Origin: Octopus vulgaris
Lineage: Eukaryota
Reading direction: 5' to 3'
Length of the DNA stretch: 64,000 nt
Assembly (NCBI GenBank): GCA_951406725.2
Contig: OX597825.1
Span: forward strand, 54,994,001-55,058,000
In this document: positions 40,508 through 53,780 of the stretch, piece after piece
Numbering within the stretch: the first letter of the stretch is position 1
Layout: the number at the start of each line of letters is the position of its first letter
Notes under the pieces: generated by a model
What the model was told of the DNA's origin: nothing
The model's input: the letters and a program-made list of their open reading frames with translations, nothing else
Database searches by the model: none
Program-made: the position numbers and the translations under genes

Positions 40508-40866
40508 CTACGAGATCAGGTAAAGTTAATACAGAAAGGATTATTTTTAGTAAACGGATAATCTACATTTATTGGAAATTGTTCGGAACAAAATGTTAAT
40601 CCTCACCACTGCTTGTTTGTCTGATCCTGGGGTAGTTTTGTTGTTGTTATTTTAGTTTTTTTACACTTAGAAGTAATTAAGCATAATGTTGCTGTCTAAC
40701 TCTCTTCTTGCGTAATTGTATATATGAATGTTGGTGTATGCAAGAGTGTGTGCATGTGTGTGTATTTGTCAACATAAGGACATTGAGTTAAGTCACACAT
40801 TTGTCAGTAACAAAATAAAAGGATCATATTTATATTTATCATAAGCATTACTAGTGATACAGTCAA

Positions 40867-41080
40867 GGCAGCAGCAAGCTGGCAGAATCCTTAGCACATT
40901 GGACAAAATGCATAGCAGCATGTTTTTCTGGCTTCACTACATTCTGAGTTCAAATGCTGCCAAGGCCATCTTTGTTTTCATCATGGATAAAGTAAGTACC
41001 AGTGGAGCACTAGGGTTAATATAATCAACTAACTCCCTCCGCTAAAATAATATAGGCCTAGTGCCTATATTAGAAAGGAT
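40867..41080 (+). mobile_element. Nin-domain-like SINE (family D)
   Basis: ggcagcaagctggcagaatc head, ttctgagttcaaat, gataaagtaagtaccagt. Confidence 0.8.
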
Positions 41081-41294
41081 TACCAGTGTCTAGGTGGTAT
41101 ACAAGCATTAATTACTCTATTTAGTTCTGTCCCCTTACAGTCTGAGCTCAAATCCTGCCAGTATCAACTTTCGTTCTTCTGTGGTAGCTGAAAATAAAAC
41201 ACTATCAAAATGTTTGTTCTTTCTGCCAAGCCACTGACAGTTTATTATTAACAGTTAATTAGTAATTATTATTATTATTATTATTATTATTATT

Positions 41295-41823
41295 GAGTGA
41301 GGGAGCAGTGCATGCTACCAAAGTGACACTGGGGTACAAATATGCAAAGCCCAAAATACTCATCATGGCTACCAGTCTGATGAGGGTACACCAGGCACAC
41401 GCATCACAACCATATGTGTGTGACATGGTGGTCTCATATCAAGATAAACAACACATGACTTTGCAGGTGGGGCAAGTAGCCCGTCTTGCTCAAAAGGTCC
41501 CTGAATAAGTGTTGTTTAAGGATGCTGAACAAAACAGCCATGCTTCCAGGGGTAAATTATTCAAACCCCAAAGAATTCCTCTCAACACATGACTATGATG
41601 CTCCCCCACTACTTTTACTCGTGATCAGAGATGCATATATCATCAGCCACCAAAGGACATGCTCAACAGGTTAAGGTCAAACAACTGTCAAGCAAATCTG
41701 GTATTGAGCAGAATATTTGTTGTAGCCCATCTTTTATACCAAGACAAAACATGAACATGATAACACTTCCAATCAGTTGAGATCAGAATCCATGAGAGCC
41801 AGTGCTTGGTACTACATCAGGGA
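41295..41823 (-). mobile_element. about 530-bp non-coding insertion within (TAA)n
   Basis: GC-richer block with sharp ends, (tta)n on both flanks; no credible ORF. Confidence 0.55.
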
Positions 41824-41949
41824 ATTATTATCATAATTATTATTGATATTATTATTATTATTATAGTAGTGATTTCTGTCAGTGGTCATGGGGGGGGGTT
41901 ATAACATTGGGCACAATACAAGAAAGGGAAAACAATGAGGATTTATGAG

Positions 41950-42776
41950 ACACAAACTGTAGGATGGCGAAATTAATTAAATGACTCTTAGTACTTGACT
42001 GGTACTTAAATAGTTTGAACCTAGAAGGATGAAAGACAAAGCTGACATAGAAGTAACTTGACTTCAGAATGTAGGCAGTTATAACTCAATACCACAAGGT
42101 ATTTAGTTTGGTACTCTACCGTTCTACCATCATTGCTCTATAAGAATTGATTCTAATGTAGGCAGGAGGCTAGTGATTTTGAAGGAAAGGTGTTTGTTGA
42201 TTACATCTAACCCAATACTACACAGGTAATTTCTTTTCTTAACACAGGTGTGATGAAAGGCAGAGTTGATCTCAGAAGATCTGAACTCAAAACATAAAGA
42301 GCCAAATAGATACTGCTATGCCTTTTGTCAGACATTTTCATGATTCTGCCAATTCATCAACCTCAGTTGTGTTGGTAAAAGTAAGCACAGGGCTTGAAAT
42401 TTTTGAGGAGTGGTTTGTCAATTATATGAATTCCAGAACTAGACTGGAATTTCATTCCATCGATCTCAGAGGATGAAAGGCAAAGAAGATCTTCGCAGGA
42501 TTTGAACTCAGAATATAAAAAGCTAGAACAAATAACACAATGCATTTTCCCCCTGTTACTCAAATGATTCTGTCAGACATAAGTACAAGGCCACAGCCTT
42601 TGAGAAGGGGAAGATTTTATTAAACCAGCCTCAGTACATAATTGGTATTTTATTTTATCAATCTTGGATGAATGAAGAGTAAAAAAGACCCTGGTAGCAT
42701 TTAAACTTAGAACACAAAGGGACATAACTAAATAATGTATTACATTTTATCCAGCACTCTAATAATACTGCCATCC
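41950..42776 (-). mobile_element. four head-to-tail decayed family D SINEs
   Basis: gatgaaag(g/a)ca..tgaactca motif recurs near 42030, 42255, 42475 and 42672 (about 200-225-bp period). Confidence 0.7.
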
Positions 42777-44929
42777 AATAATAATAATAGCTATAATAAC
42801 AATTGTAATATTAATAATAATGATAAAATTAATGATTATAAACTGTTCTTTATTGGATGCAGCAATATCAGTTTATTTCTAAATTCATAATGGTTAATTT
42901 ATTCCTGAAAAAATATTGATAATGATAATTATTATTACAACACAAGCTTATTTCTAAATTGAAGCTATGAGATATAAATTTATATCAGAAGATTAGTTTT
43001 TGATTAATTTTCATATTTTGTTTAAGTATTATTACAAATTAGTAATTTTGTTAATAAAATCTTTAAAAAAAAATTTAATAAAAAGCAGGTGTGGTGGGAT
43101 AAATTGGAAGGATAAAACAATGCGTCTGTAAATAAATTTAAAGTCTGTTTTCTGTAAATTTTTACTTTCAGAAAGACTCTTTTGACCAATATTGTGAATC
43201 ATTACACAATTATTAAGGCAGTTGTCTAGCTGTCTGGGAAGTCTTTAAGGAAGGTCATTTCTCTTTCTTTTTTTTTTTCTAATTAAAAAAAAATTAAAGA
43301 AACAAAATCAAAACATGCCATTTACCCAAATCTCTTCATCTACCAAAAAAACAAGGCTGGGGTGAACCCCCTTCCACCATACAAAGTCCCTGCAATTATC
43401 TACAGCCAAGGTGTACCTTACCTATCATCAAGTTATCTCTTCTCTCCGCTTCTTTCTCACGTGTGTGTGTGTGTGTGTATGTCACTTTATCTATCTACCT
43501 ATCTATCTTATTCTACAAGTCTCTCTCTCTTTTACAAGTGCTAATACTTATGGCAGCTGGAGCATGCAGCCTGTTCCCCCCTTGTACTGTATCATTCTTT
43601 ATCTCTTCTTCCCCACTATCTGCTCAACAGGTGGTGGGTGGACCGGTGGAATGATAACTAATTTTTTTTCATTAATTTACAAAATATCCTTAATTACCAA
43701 ATCTTAAAGGTTTATTGTAATGTCTTGTGGTCAAGGAAAATATCGACCACTTGGTGGATATCCTATCTAATACACACACATATACATACATATAAACATG
43801 CACATGCCTACAGAGACTCAGTGGATAATATGATCTCAAATACACTAATTCTGAATACAATGGGATAGCTATGGCCGGAAAATTTTTTAATCCCAGTTCT
43901 GTTTCATCAGGGCTGATCTGGGGCTTATACCATCACCACAACAACAGTTCTTTCTACCATAAATTTACCGCGGATAAAGTATTCAATATCCTATCCAGAT
44001 GATATTGTTATATAGATATTGTGAAATGCTAGCAAAATGGTCTAATCAATCCAATACAATATATTTATGTGGTAGACTTTATTGATCACCCATTATCCAA
44101 CTTAGCCTTCATGTGCTTTTAGTGGTGTCCATTCTGATGAAAAGAGCTAGGCCCAGGCTCCCAGTTTAGAATAAGCTTCAACTTCAAAGGTTCATAGGCC
44201 CTTCATAGTTCATAAGACCTCCAAAGGTGTTATGCCATTGAAAATCAGGATCATCTAAAAAGTTTTGTACTCTGAAGAGTTCATTAGGATAGCTACCCTT
44301 CTTCTTGCAAAAAAAGTTATGAAAACATTTTTAATATTTCCTGTTTAGTAACAATCAATCTTTTTTCTTTAGTCTTCACTTCTGATTTTGTAGAAATTCA
44401 GAAACAGAACAGATATATAGATTCTTAGATAGACTGTTCAACAACCAGCTTTTAGATCAGAAGTTCATATCAGCTTCATATAACTCGCTGTTTTTTGCTT
44501 CTGTACATAACATTTTATTTTACATGGATTCAGTACTGGCCTTGTCATAGGATTCAGTGTCTAGTTTTGATTGCAGTTTCTCAATGATAGTTCTCCTGTT
44601 AAACCCTATTCTACATTAAACTCATCAAATGACAGGACCATCCACCCACCACAACACAGATATTTTCCTCAAGTACAATGAATTACAACCAATAATCTTG
44701 TATAACAACCCCTTTTTAATCTTCCCAAATTCTCCAATCTTTCAGTCACTCTATAGAAGCTCTAGTTTTTCCCATCCCTAAATGAAAATCTCTCTTGATA
44801 ACACATAACAAATTACAGTACTATTACAGAGAGTTCTAATTCACGTAATATAGTAAATTAAAATAAATTTTGTCAACTGAGATTATCAAATTAAATTGAC
44901 AGAAAAAAATCTCCTTTAAGCAATTATGC

Positions 44930-45154
44930 ATAACCCTTTTGATACCAACTCACCTGGCACTACCCCTGGATATATTTTAGAACCTTTCAAAGTGATTTAC
45001 ATAATAATCTTCCATCAAAATATCATGCTAATTTATGTTTCAAAACACCAGCTTAATAATGACAGAGTTATTTTACTAATTTCTTCATTAAGCTCAAAAT
45101 TAATTGAGACAAAGTCAGTGTATTTCGACAAAAAAATGGTGATAAAGGTGTTAC
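44930..45154 (+). mobile_element. piggyBac-type MITE, older copy
   Basis: taa-cccttttgatacc start; aatttatgtt.caaa.caccag.ttaataatgaca shared with the 17118 copy; decayed right end. Confidence 0.7.
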
Positions 45155-46264
45155 ATTCTAAAACCATCAAAGGAAGTAGATAATCCTAATAAGATCTGTT
45201 AAGTGAAACTGTTGAACAATGGAGGTTTTCAGCAAGCCTTCTTGCTGAACACTCCACCACTACTGTACAATCATTAATCATATTTCTAAAACAATCTACA
45301 CAGTTCAATGACTTGTAAGAAAACAAGGTGAAGTAACAAAAAGCAGATTAGTGGTGTGACAGAGGGTGTAGTGTGCTAGACTGAGTAAGTAGAAACCTTG
45401 TAGTATTTACTTACACAGGTTTAACATTTTGAATTTAAAACCTTCTAAGTTGGATCAGCTTTGCCTTTCATTTGAAGGTAGAGGGGTCAACAGAATATAT
45501 ACTAGTCATATAATGAGGTTCATTTGATCAGCTATACTTTTCAAATATGTGTCCTGATGATGATACAAGAAATCAAGATAAAGGGTGGTTCAAATACTAT
45601 AATGGTGGATTAAGCTAAGCAGTTTGTCCAATTATATTCTATGTTAAAATCATACAAGTGATAACTTTACTTTCCATTCCCCCTGACTGAAATTACAAAA
45701 TATGTATATTATTTGGTTGAATCAATCACCCTCACATTCTAGTCATACACCAGCTATCATAAAATTTAGTTGTGTTCCTTTATACTCTGAGTATTTCCTA
45801 CTGAGTCAACTTTCAACTAAATTTTATTTAGTCAAAGCTAAAAATATTTCTCCAAATCATTGTACACTGACAGGCAGAGGTAGTATGGTTCTTACATTAG
45901 AAGGTATCTCAGAATAAAACATTCCATAGTTTGTGGTACTGTACTACTTCTTGTTAAATATGTTAAATAACAACTTTGTTGGGTTCAAGCCCCACCAGTG
46001 GTGGGTTTGGCTTTTATCCCTCCAAGTAAAGGGAAAATGTTCCAGAATCTCTAGTAACTTATTCCAATGAGCCTTCAGATGACTAAGCTATAATCCCTAG
46101 ATTTTTCATTAGTTAATAAACAGCCTTTTACATACATGGCTCTATAGACCTCAAATGACCCTATAGTCCATAAATACTTCCATAATTTCTATCACAGCTA
46201 TAATATCTTAACCATACAGCAATACCAATAGTATGATTAAACAACATAATTAAGAGGTTAATTT

Positions 46265-46930
46265 TTCTAATCTATAGAGAAATAAGTAAATTTGACATGT
46301 TTGTATGTCTACTAAATAGGTTTACATATATCATATCTTGATACTGTGTGGACTGAGTTCTCTGTTAACAAGACTTTGATATTAAATAAAATCTTAAACA
46401 CTAATATGCAAATAAGTGGCTTCTAGCACTCTGAAGATACTGGATTTGATGCAGACATAAATGGATTAGCCACTGGTGTCTCTGGGATTGGTCAAGTATT
46501 GTAAACACCTCTGATAAGACTCCAATAAGAGTTAGAAATTGATTGAGGTTGTTCATAATTTTATTTTAATCTACATAGAGATAGATAGAACTGATATGCT
46601 TGGATGTTGACCATGTGAGATTATATATATTATATCATATCTTGATACATTGTGAACAGGCTTCTCTGATGACAAGTCACTGACATTAAATAAAGTTAAA
46701 CATTAATGGTAGGCAAATTAACATCACCAGTTCGCTGATGTGTATATGTAAATAGAATGGTTACTTGTCTCTCTGGGATTGGTCAAGTGAAGTAGATATT
46801 TCTGACAAGACCCTCCACCAATAAGGATTGAAAATCAATTAAAACTGTTCATTTTTTTCTTTTTCCATTCTCCAGAGATATAGTTGAATTTGACAGATTT
46901 GTATGGATACACTTAGGTTTACGTATATAG
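46265..46930 (+). repeat. about 300-bp diverged tandem repeat (about 2.2 units) with a hammerhead-like motif per unit
   Basis: tatatcatatcttgatac at 46327/46631; tctctgggattggtcaagt at 46479/46770; acct-CTGATAA-gactc-caataa-gagtt-aGAAA..gaggt at 46507-46549. Confidence 0.75.
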
Positions 46931-47233
46931 AGAACCAAATTATCTAAATAGGACCTCAGAGTTTTGGAGTGTTAGAATATTCTTATTAATTATTGGCAAA
47001 AGTGGAATTTGGGCAGATTGAGGGTTTCATAGTTCTTCATCTGTGGAAAATATGTCTTTATAATATAGAATTATTACAAACAGAATGCCACTTCTGAGAC
47101 ACATATGTACTTCATACAAGCTGTCTAGCTCTACTCCCTATCTTCAAATAACAACAACAATAGCAGCAGAAATTAAAAAAAAAAATTATGGGTGCAACAA
47201 ACCAAACAGCAGAATGCTAAGTTCCAAACCACA

Positions 47234-47264
<31 letters not shown>

Positions 47265-47400
47265 CATAATGTATTTTGTTGGTAAAGCCATGTACTTGAT
47301 TTAATAATCTTGTATAATCAATAAAGTATTGATGCTTTTCTGATTGAAAGAAATAATATCAGGTGACTGAAAATGCCAATCTGTGATGGAGAAACCGTCC

Positions 47401-48130
47401 AATGTTTTTGAAGGTCATTCAATGTGATTGAAGCCCACTCAATGTGATTGAAGACCACTCAATGTGAGCAAAGAAAACATAATGCAAGCTTAAATTATAT
47501 ACAAATTGTAATCCATATCCTGATATCGAAAACCACAATTTATGAGCCACATCAAAACACTTTAACTGTAAATCAGATCTTGCAATCTTAATCGTTAATC
47601 TGTGATTATAAATCATGAAATGTGAACCACAACCACTCACTGTGACTGACAAATATACATTGTTACCTAAAACCAGACACCAATCCACAACCACATACAG
47701 TGAATCACTGTGATTTACTGAAATACAAATCCACACGATGGGTCCTTCGACTACACAATGCGAGTTCAAAAGCACACATTATAACCCATAATTATTCATT
47801 TGGACCCCTCACATTTTGATCCACAATCACACAATGTGATGTATAATTACTGTGATAAAAAACACACATAGTAACCAAAATCCACACAGTGTGAATAAGA
47901 ACCACACACTGTGACCCAGATCCACACTGTGATCCATCATCACATAGCGTGAAGCACAACTACATACTGTGATCCAAAACCATATACTGTAACAAACAGT
48001 GATTTGAAATCTAAAACACACAACGCGCAACATTAAATGCTGTACAAACCATAGTCCAATTTTTGTGGTCCACAACCAACTGGTGCTTGAAAATTGCAAG
48101 CTGAGATTCCAAACCATACAGACACAACAA
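47401..48130. repeat. degenerate 19-20-bp minisatellite
   Basis: aatgtgattgaag(c/a)ccactc x3 at 47401-47467, then many ccaca..tgtga units. Confidence 0.65.
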
Positions 48131-48835
48131 ACAAATACCATATGGTTGTCAAAGTAAATGTTGTGAAATTTAATATTATGTAATGTAGATGAGTCAAACA
48201 CTGAAAATGGCACAGCAACATAAATACAGCCATATAGTAACTGAGTCAATACACTTACATTTCATCACACACGTACACACACACCAGATCCTCATTCACA
48301 TGCACTCTGCTGAATACAATACATACTAGATCACAAACACACCTACCACAAAATCATAATAAAACATATGCTCATCATCTTAATATTACACACAATACAT
48401 GTACAACACATACATCACATAGACACACATTCAGCTAATCACCCTAAACAAAAAGATATGTGCTGTACCTAAGAAAATGTAGAGTTTATAAGATATACAT
48501 GTAAGATTTAGAGTCTTCATTAAAATAATACTTATAAATGTTACTGATTTTCTGTGGTTCTAAATTTCTCAGTAGAAGCTAACAAAGAAATAATTAAGGA
48601 ACTCTGGATAACCATTAGGGTAAGGTCCAAAATAATCCTAGATAATTTTGCATGTTTTCCACTCTTTCCAAGTCTTGAATATTTAAATATTTGGTATAAA
48701 TTCTTGTACTTGATATTATCATCTATCACATTATTAGTGTTATCTTTAAAAGATAAATTTTCAAAAATTTATATCTACACCATATTTCAACATGTTCAAA
48801 CACCAATTACTTTTGGTAGGAGTGGTCTTATTCCT

Positions 48836-48879
<44 letters not shown>

Positions 48880-49180
48880 ATGTATACACACACACATCAA
48901 ATTTAGTATTTCTCTGTACATATTCCTTTAATGTCTTGCATCTGGGTGAGACTATATAAATATATACACACACACAAAAACACATTTGTACTTATGTATA
49001 CTCACACATACGTGTGTGTGTGTAAATATATATATATATATATATATACAATTATACATTTAGTTATATATATATACATACATATACATATATATATATA
49101 TGTGTGTATATATATACCAAAGAATAAGGCTTCTGATATGGATCAGTGTAATAACTATACTGATTAAAATATGGTGTAGA

Positions 49181-49527
49181 TGTAAAGGCGCATGGCTCAG
49201 TGGTCAGAGCGTCGAGCTTACGATCGTGAGGTTGTGAGTTCGAATCCCGGACCGGGCTGCGTGTTGTGTTCTTGAGCAAAGCACTTTATTTCACGTTGCT
49301 CCAGTTCACTCAGCTGTAGAAATGAGTTGCGACGTCACTGGTGCCAAGCTGTATCGACCTTTGTCTTTCCCTTGGATAACACTGGTGGCGTGGAGAGGGG
49401 AGGCCGGTATGCATGGGCGACTGCTGGTCTTCCATAAAAACAACCTTGCCCAGACTTGTGCCTCAGAGGGTAACTCTCTAGGTGCAAACCCATGGTCACA
49501 CATGACCGAAGGGGGTCTTTACCCTTT
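49181..49527 (+). mobile_element. SINE family C, young full-length copy
   Basis: Intact A-box tggctcagtgg and B-box gttcgaatcc, CpGs retained, CORE-like gtgttcttgagcaa. Confidence 0.92.
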
Positions 49528-50099
49528 AGATGTAAAATATATACTTTAAAAATGAGATATATATTTCAAAAATTAAAATCTTCCAAACAAAAAAAAAAGA
49601 AGAAAAAAAAACAAAATGAAAACCCTAGTGATTTAGGTGACTTGAGCAAGGATGAAATGTGGGTGAATGCTGTTTATGCCCAGTTATCTACTTTGGAAAT
49701 GGAATAAAGTGATGTTTATACTAGATCCAAAGCAATCTGCAATGTAAGTCAATTGAAGAGTTTTAACTGCAGCATTGGAACTGTAATCTGTGAAAATTGC
49801 AGATTGTCAGAGACTTCCTTCCTGATCTACTGTAGTCGACTTCACCATCATGGTTCCCTCATGTGTATAACTGTGAACTCTACCAATCTGAGGCCCATAG
49901 ACGACTGAGCCACTGAGAGTTAAGTGCCTCACAGTGGTGGTTAGACTGACCTCAGCAACTGATCTCTAGGTATGATGCAGGGTACTTTATTAAACTACCA
50001 CCACCAACATTAACATTGACACTAATCCCACCACAACAATGATCACAATCAATAATGTCTTTCCCATCCAACCCATACCAGCCTAGAAGCATGAATGCT

Positions 50100-50300
50100 A
50101 AAATGATGATGATGATGATGGCTTTGGCAGTGATGATGGTAGTGGTGGTGTTGATGACGATGATGGTTGTGGTAGTGATGCTGTTGATGATGATGACGGC
50201 TGTGGTAGTGGTGATGGCGGTGGTTATGATGGAGGTGATGATGGTGTTGATAATGCTGATGATGGTGTGGATGATGATGCTGATGATGACAATGATGATC
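50100..50300. repeat. imperfect (GAT/GGT)n trinucleotide tract
   Basis: Direct inspection; source of the poly-His and poly-Met/Val ORFs. Confidence 0.9.
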
Positions 50301-51939
50301 TCGTATCAAATGAGAATAAATCACTTCTAGAAAAATTAGATACTCTTCACAAAATTAAGATATCTTGGGTTTAGAGGTCAAGGGCTTGGTACAAATGCCT
50401 AGGACTGACTGATACTAGGTCCATGGTTTTACTGTAATCATTTTGGACTTCTGAGTTTGGAACACAGTAGAAGGAGATGGTGAATGCTTTGAAGAATTGA
50501 TGTAACAAGTATTAGTGCTACATCATCATTAACATTGTCATGTGACTGAAGACTCTCACTTTGGATTCATTTGTACCAGATTGTGAGTTCATATAAGGCC
50601 TAGTGGTTAGAATATTGACCTCCTGATCATAAGCTGAGTGGGTCAATTCCTGGTTTGAGCAGTACATCATGTATTTAAGTAAGGTACTTTATATCATGTT
50701 GGTCCCATATTCTCAGCTAAGAATGAGCACCAGCAGAGGGCCGGTGCAGCTGTAGTTTCTTTAGCAGTTACAACCTTGCTGTCCCAATGATTCAAAAACA
50801 GAAGCACCAGGAAGTTATCTCTGCCTCTCCACAACACTAAGCACCTATAACAATTAATGAAATTGTGGCACTTTACTACAAAGCCATACTCATTCAAGAG
50901 CGATATCTATGCATGCTGGTGCCAAATATTTTACAGTAACATCTTTTAATTTCACTCAGCCTTGAATTTTTGTCTGCTTATTTTTAGTAAAGATTGTTCT
51001 TGTGTGAAAACAGAACACTATTATTTCACTGAAGACTAGGTTTTTAGATTCATTTCTACTATATTCCTGACTATAACAGCATCTGATTTGTCCTCTTCTG
51101 TGGATTAGTTTCAAGTGAAAACAGAATAGTCTTTATTGTTGGTGGTTTTAGTATGCTTCTGCAATATTTGTTGGTTAATTCCTCTCCAAATCTCCTTTTT
51201 TTTCTGTTTTTTTTTATTAATTAATTAGTGTAAGTTGGCCTTCAGCAGAAAATTGGATAAATTTATGTGATATTATAATAATGTCTATTGAAATGCACCT
51301 CAAATCTGATTTTTGTTTTGAGCAAAGTTTGAACTAGGATAAAAACGGAATGCTATTACACTAATGAAGATTGAACCATTGAATTTGTTTGTGTCAGGCA
51401 GATAACAATAAAATTAGTCCTTCTTTCAAAATTTAGTTCAGTGTTAATGGACGAAAACAATTTTTTATTTTTTCGTTTCGTAATTCGAAACATTTTTCTG
51501 CCAGGAATATAAAGAAATTTCAGAAGAGAGGAGTCAATTGCCTCTAACCAAACTGACCTGAATCAAACCAGTAATATACTGGAGTCTAATTGAATCAATT
51601 CATAAACCACCTCCACCACCAGCACCACCACTACTATCTACCCACCTCTCTTCATAATATTTGGCCCGGTGCCTAGTCCGAAGAAACCGAAATGCAAAAG
51701 AAATCAATAATAGCAGGAATGGTTTTCACAAGTCTACAAGCAACAACACAACCGGAGAAGAATATATTTAAAGAGATGGAAAAAAAATAACAACAACTAC
51801 AATAACAACAGCAACAACAACAGCAATATAAACTGCAGCAGCAACAAAATATAATAAATTGTATAAATTTTAATTTCTTTTTTCTTTTCGCAAAATAATT
51901 TAAATAAAAAAGATAAAACTAAAGAGAAACAGAATACAT

Positions 51940-51977
<38 letters not shown>

Positions 51978-52342
51978 GAATTCAAAATTCTTTTTTCTTT
52001 TAAAAATTTTAAAAAAAATATTTTCAATATGTTTGTGTTAATGTTTTCATTTCTGATTGTTATTTTTTAATATATATTTTTCAATCATTTTTCTTTTCTC
52101 AGTAGAGTTCATATAAAAATTTAGAGAGAGGGGAAGGAAAGAGAGAGTGAGAGAGGGAAAGCGGGAAGAAGGCACACAGAGATATAGAAATATATATATT
52201 TATGCAGAAAGAGAGAGAGAGAAAGAGGGGGGCACAGAGATAGCGAGAGAAATACAATATTAAAGAGATTTAAAAAGAAATCATAAAAGACATTTTAAAA
52301 AAAACCAGGCATGTGAAATTATTTTTGCTTCGGGGAGGACAT

Positions 52343-52384
52343 TTAAAAGTTGATGGCATTGTCATTTAAAATTTTTTTTTCTAT
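52343..52384 (-). CDS. candidate short terminal exon
   Basis: Strong acceptor ctttctttcgctcgttcttctttctttctttcttttattcCAG; phase 1 (D)RKKNFK* (stop 52362-4) or phase 0 IEKKILNDNAINF*. Confidence 0.3.
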   Translation of the reverse strand: MEKKILNDNAINF

Positions 52385-52539
52385 CTGGAATAAAAGAAAG
52401 AAAGAAAGAAGAACGAGCGAAAGAAAGATCTTAATAACAATATAAACAGCAATAGTAAAAACAACAATGATAACAGCAACAAAACTAAGTAAAAAGATAA
52501 AAACTGTTAACAAAAACAGCCAAATTAACCCAAAATAAA

Positions 52540-53780
52540 TTTTTATGTATATTATAGTTCTCCAGGCCATAACAGAGGAGTTTAAGACCAATTGTCTGTA
52601 GGAACTCCTGTATGCTGATAACCTACATCCTATAGCTGATTCTGTTGAAGATTTAGAAAAGAAATTCCAAATGTAAAAGCAAAGCCTAGAATTGAGAAAC
52701 CTCAAAATAAATCTAGCAATGACAAAAATTTCAGTTTGCAGTATAGAAAGCAAAACTCTACTACTATCAAGAAAGTGGCCATGCTTGATTTATAGAAAAA
52801 GGTGAGGAGGTACTCAGTACAGTGTACATGTTGTAAACTAAAAGTGTGAGAGAGAGAGAGAGAGAGATAGTGGGATCACATGGGATCACATGCAGGTTGA
52901 CAGAGAATAAAGACTTCACATGTAGCAGATGCAAGAGCACTTAGTAGTAAAAGCTTTAATGAAATAAATTCTTTCAAAATGCTTGAGATGTTCCAAAGAA
53001 GATAATAGCTTCTCTTACATAAGCTGGGGTTTCAAATAGAAGGGTAGTTGTGAGGATTGAAAACAGGACAAATTGCCAGGTTTTAAACCCCTAACATTTG
53101 CCGAACACCATGGTGGAGAATGAAGAATTTTATGGATGATGTCTGGTTTTATCTTCTCCTTAATAAGGAAGGAGAGGGGCAGATATTTTCCAAACATTTT
53201 GATGGAGATGGGAAGGAGGTGGCCTGGCTTTCATCAGTTTGAGAACTATTGTTTAAGAAGGTCAAATTAGCAAGAGAAGGAAAATGTTGAGAAAATATAG
53301 TAACCTGAACCAAAATGATATGAGCAATGCTATTACTTCTCCATGCAACAGAAAAATTCTCTTTCAGAGTGAAGGGCAGATTATATGATACTTGTCTATG
53401 AAGTGAAATGTTGCATGATAGTGAAATATGAGTAATGAATGTGAGGGATATGTGAAGGCTGGATAGAAATGAAACAAGCAAGCTCCATGGGATGTGTAAG
53501 TTAAGAGGGCATAAACAACAAGGCACTGATGAGTTATGAGAAAAACTGGACATAAGAGGAATAAGACACAGCATACAAGAGAGAAGATTGCACTGGTACA
53601 GATATGTGAGATATATGAAAACTGACAGTCAGGTAAAGAGGTGCCAAGGAAACCAAGTGGAAGGGACCTGAAGAAGAGGAAGTCCAAGGCAGGCACAGAA
53701 TGAAGTAGCAAGGCACTGAAATGGAAAAAATCCATCCACTTCATGCAAGCCTAGGAAGACAGATGCAAAAATGCTGCTGC
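52540..53780 (+). mobile_element. RTE-clade LINE, RT C-half plus Cys-rich finger, decayed
   Basis: IIVLQAITEEFKT..ELLYADNL..ADSVEDLEKKFQ..LKINLAMTK; KWPC..SVQCTCC..FTCSRC; LSFRVKGRLYDTC; ERRLHWY. Confidence 0.9.

Noticed and set aside
49186-49258. tRNA gene
   Set aside because: A/B boxes are present but there is no acceptor-stem pairing and it continues into a SINE body; the same applies to 1571-1644 and 57378-57450.
50049-50330. Poly-His or transmembrane-like ORFs
   Set aside because: Imperfect (GAT/GGT)n tract without splice or domain support.
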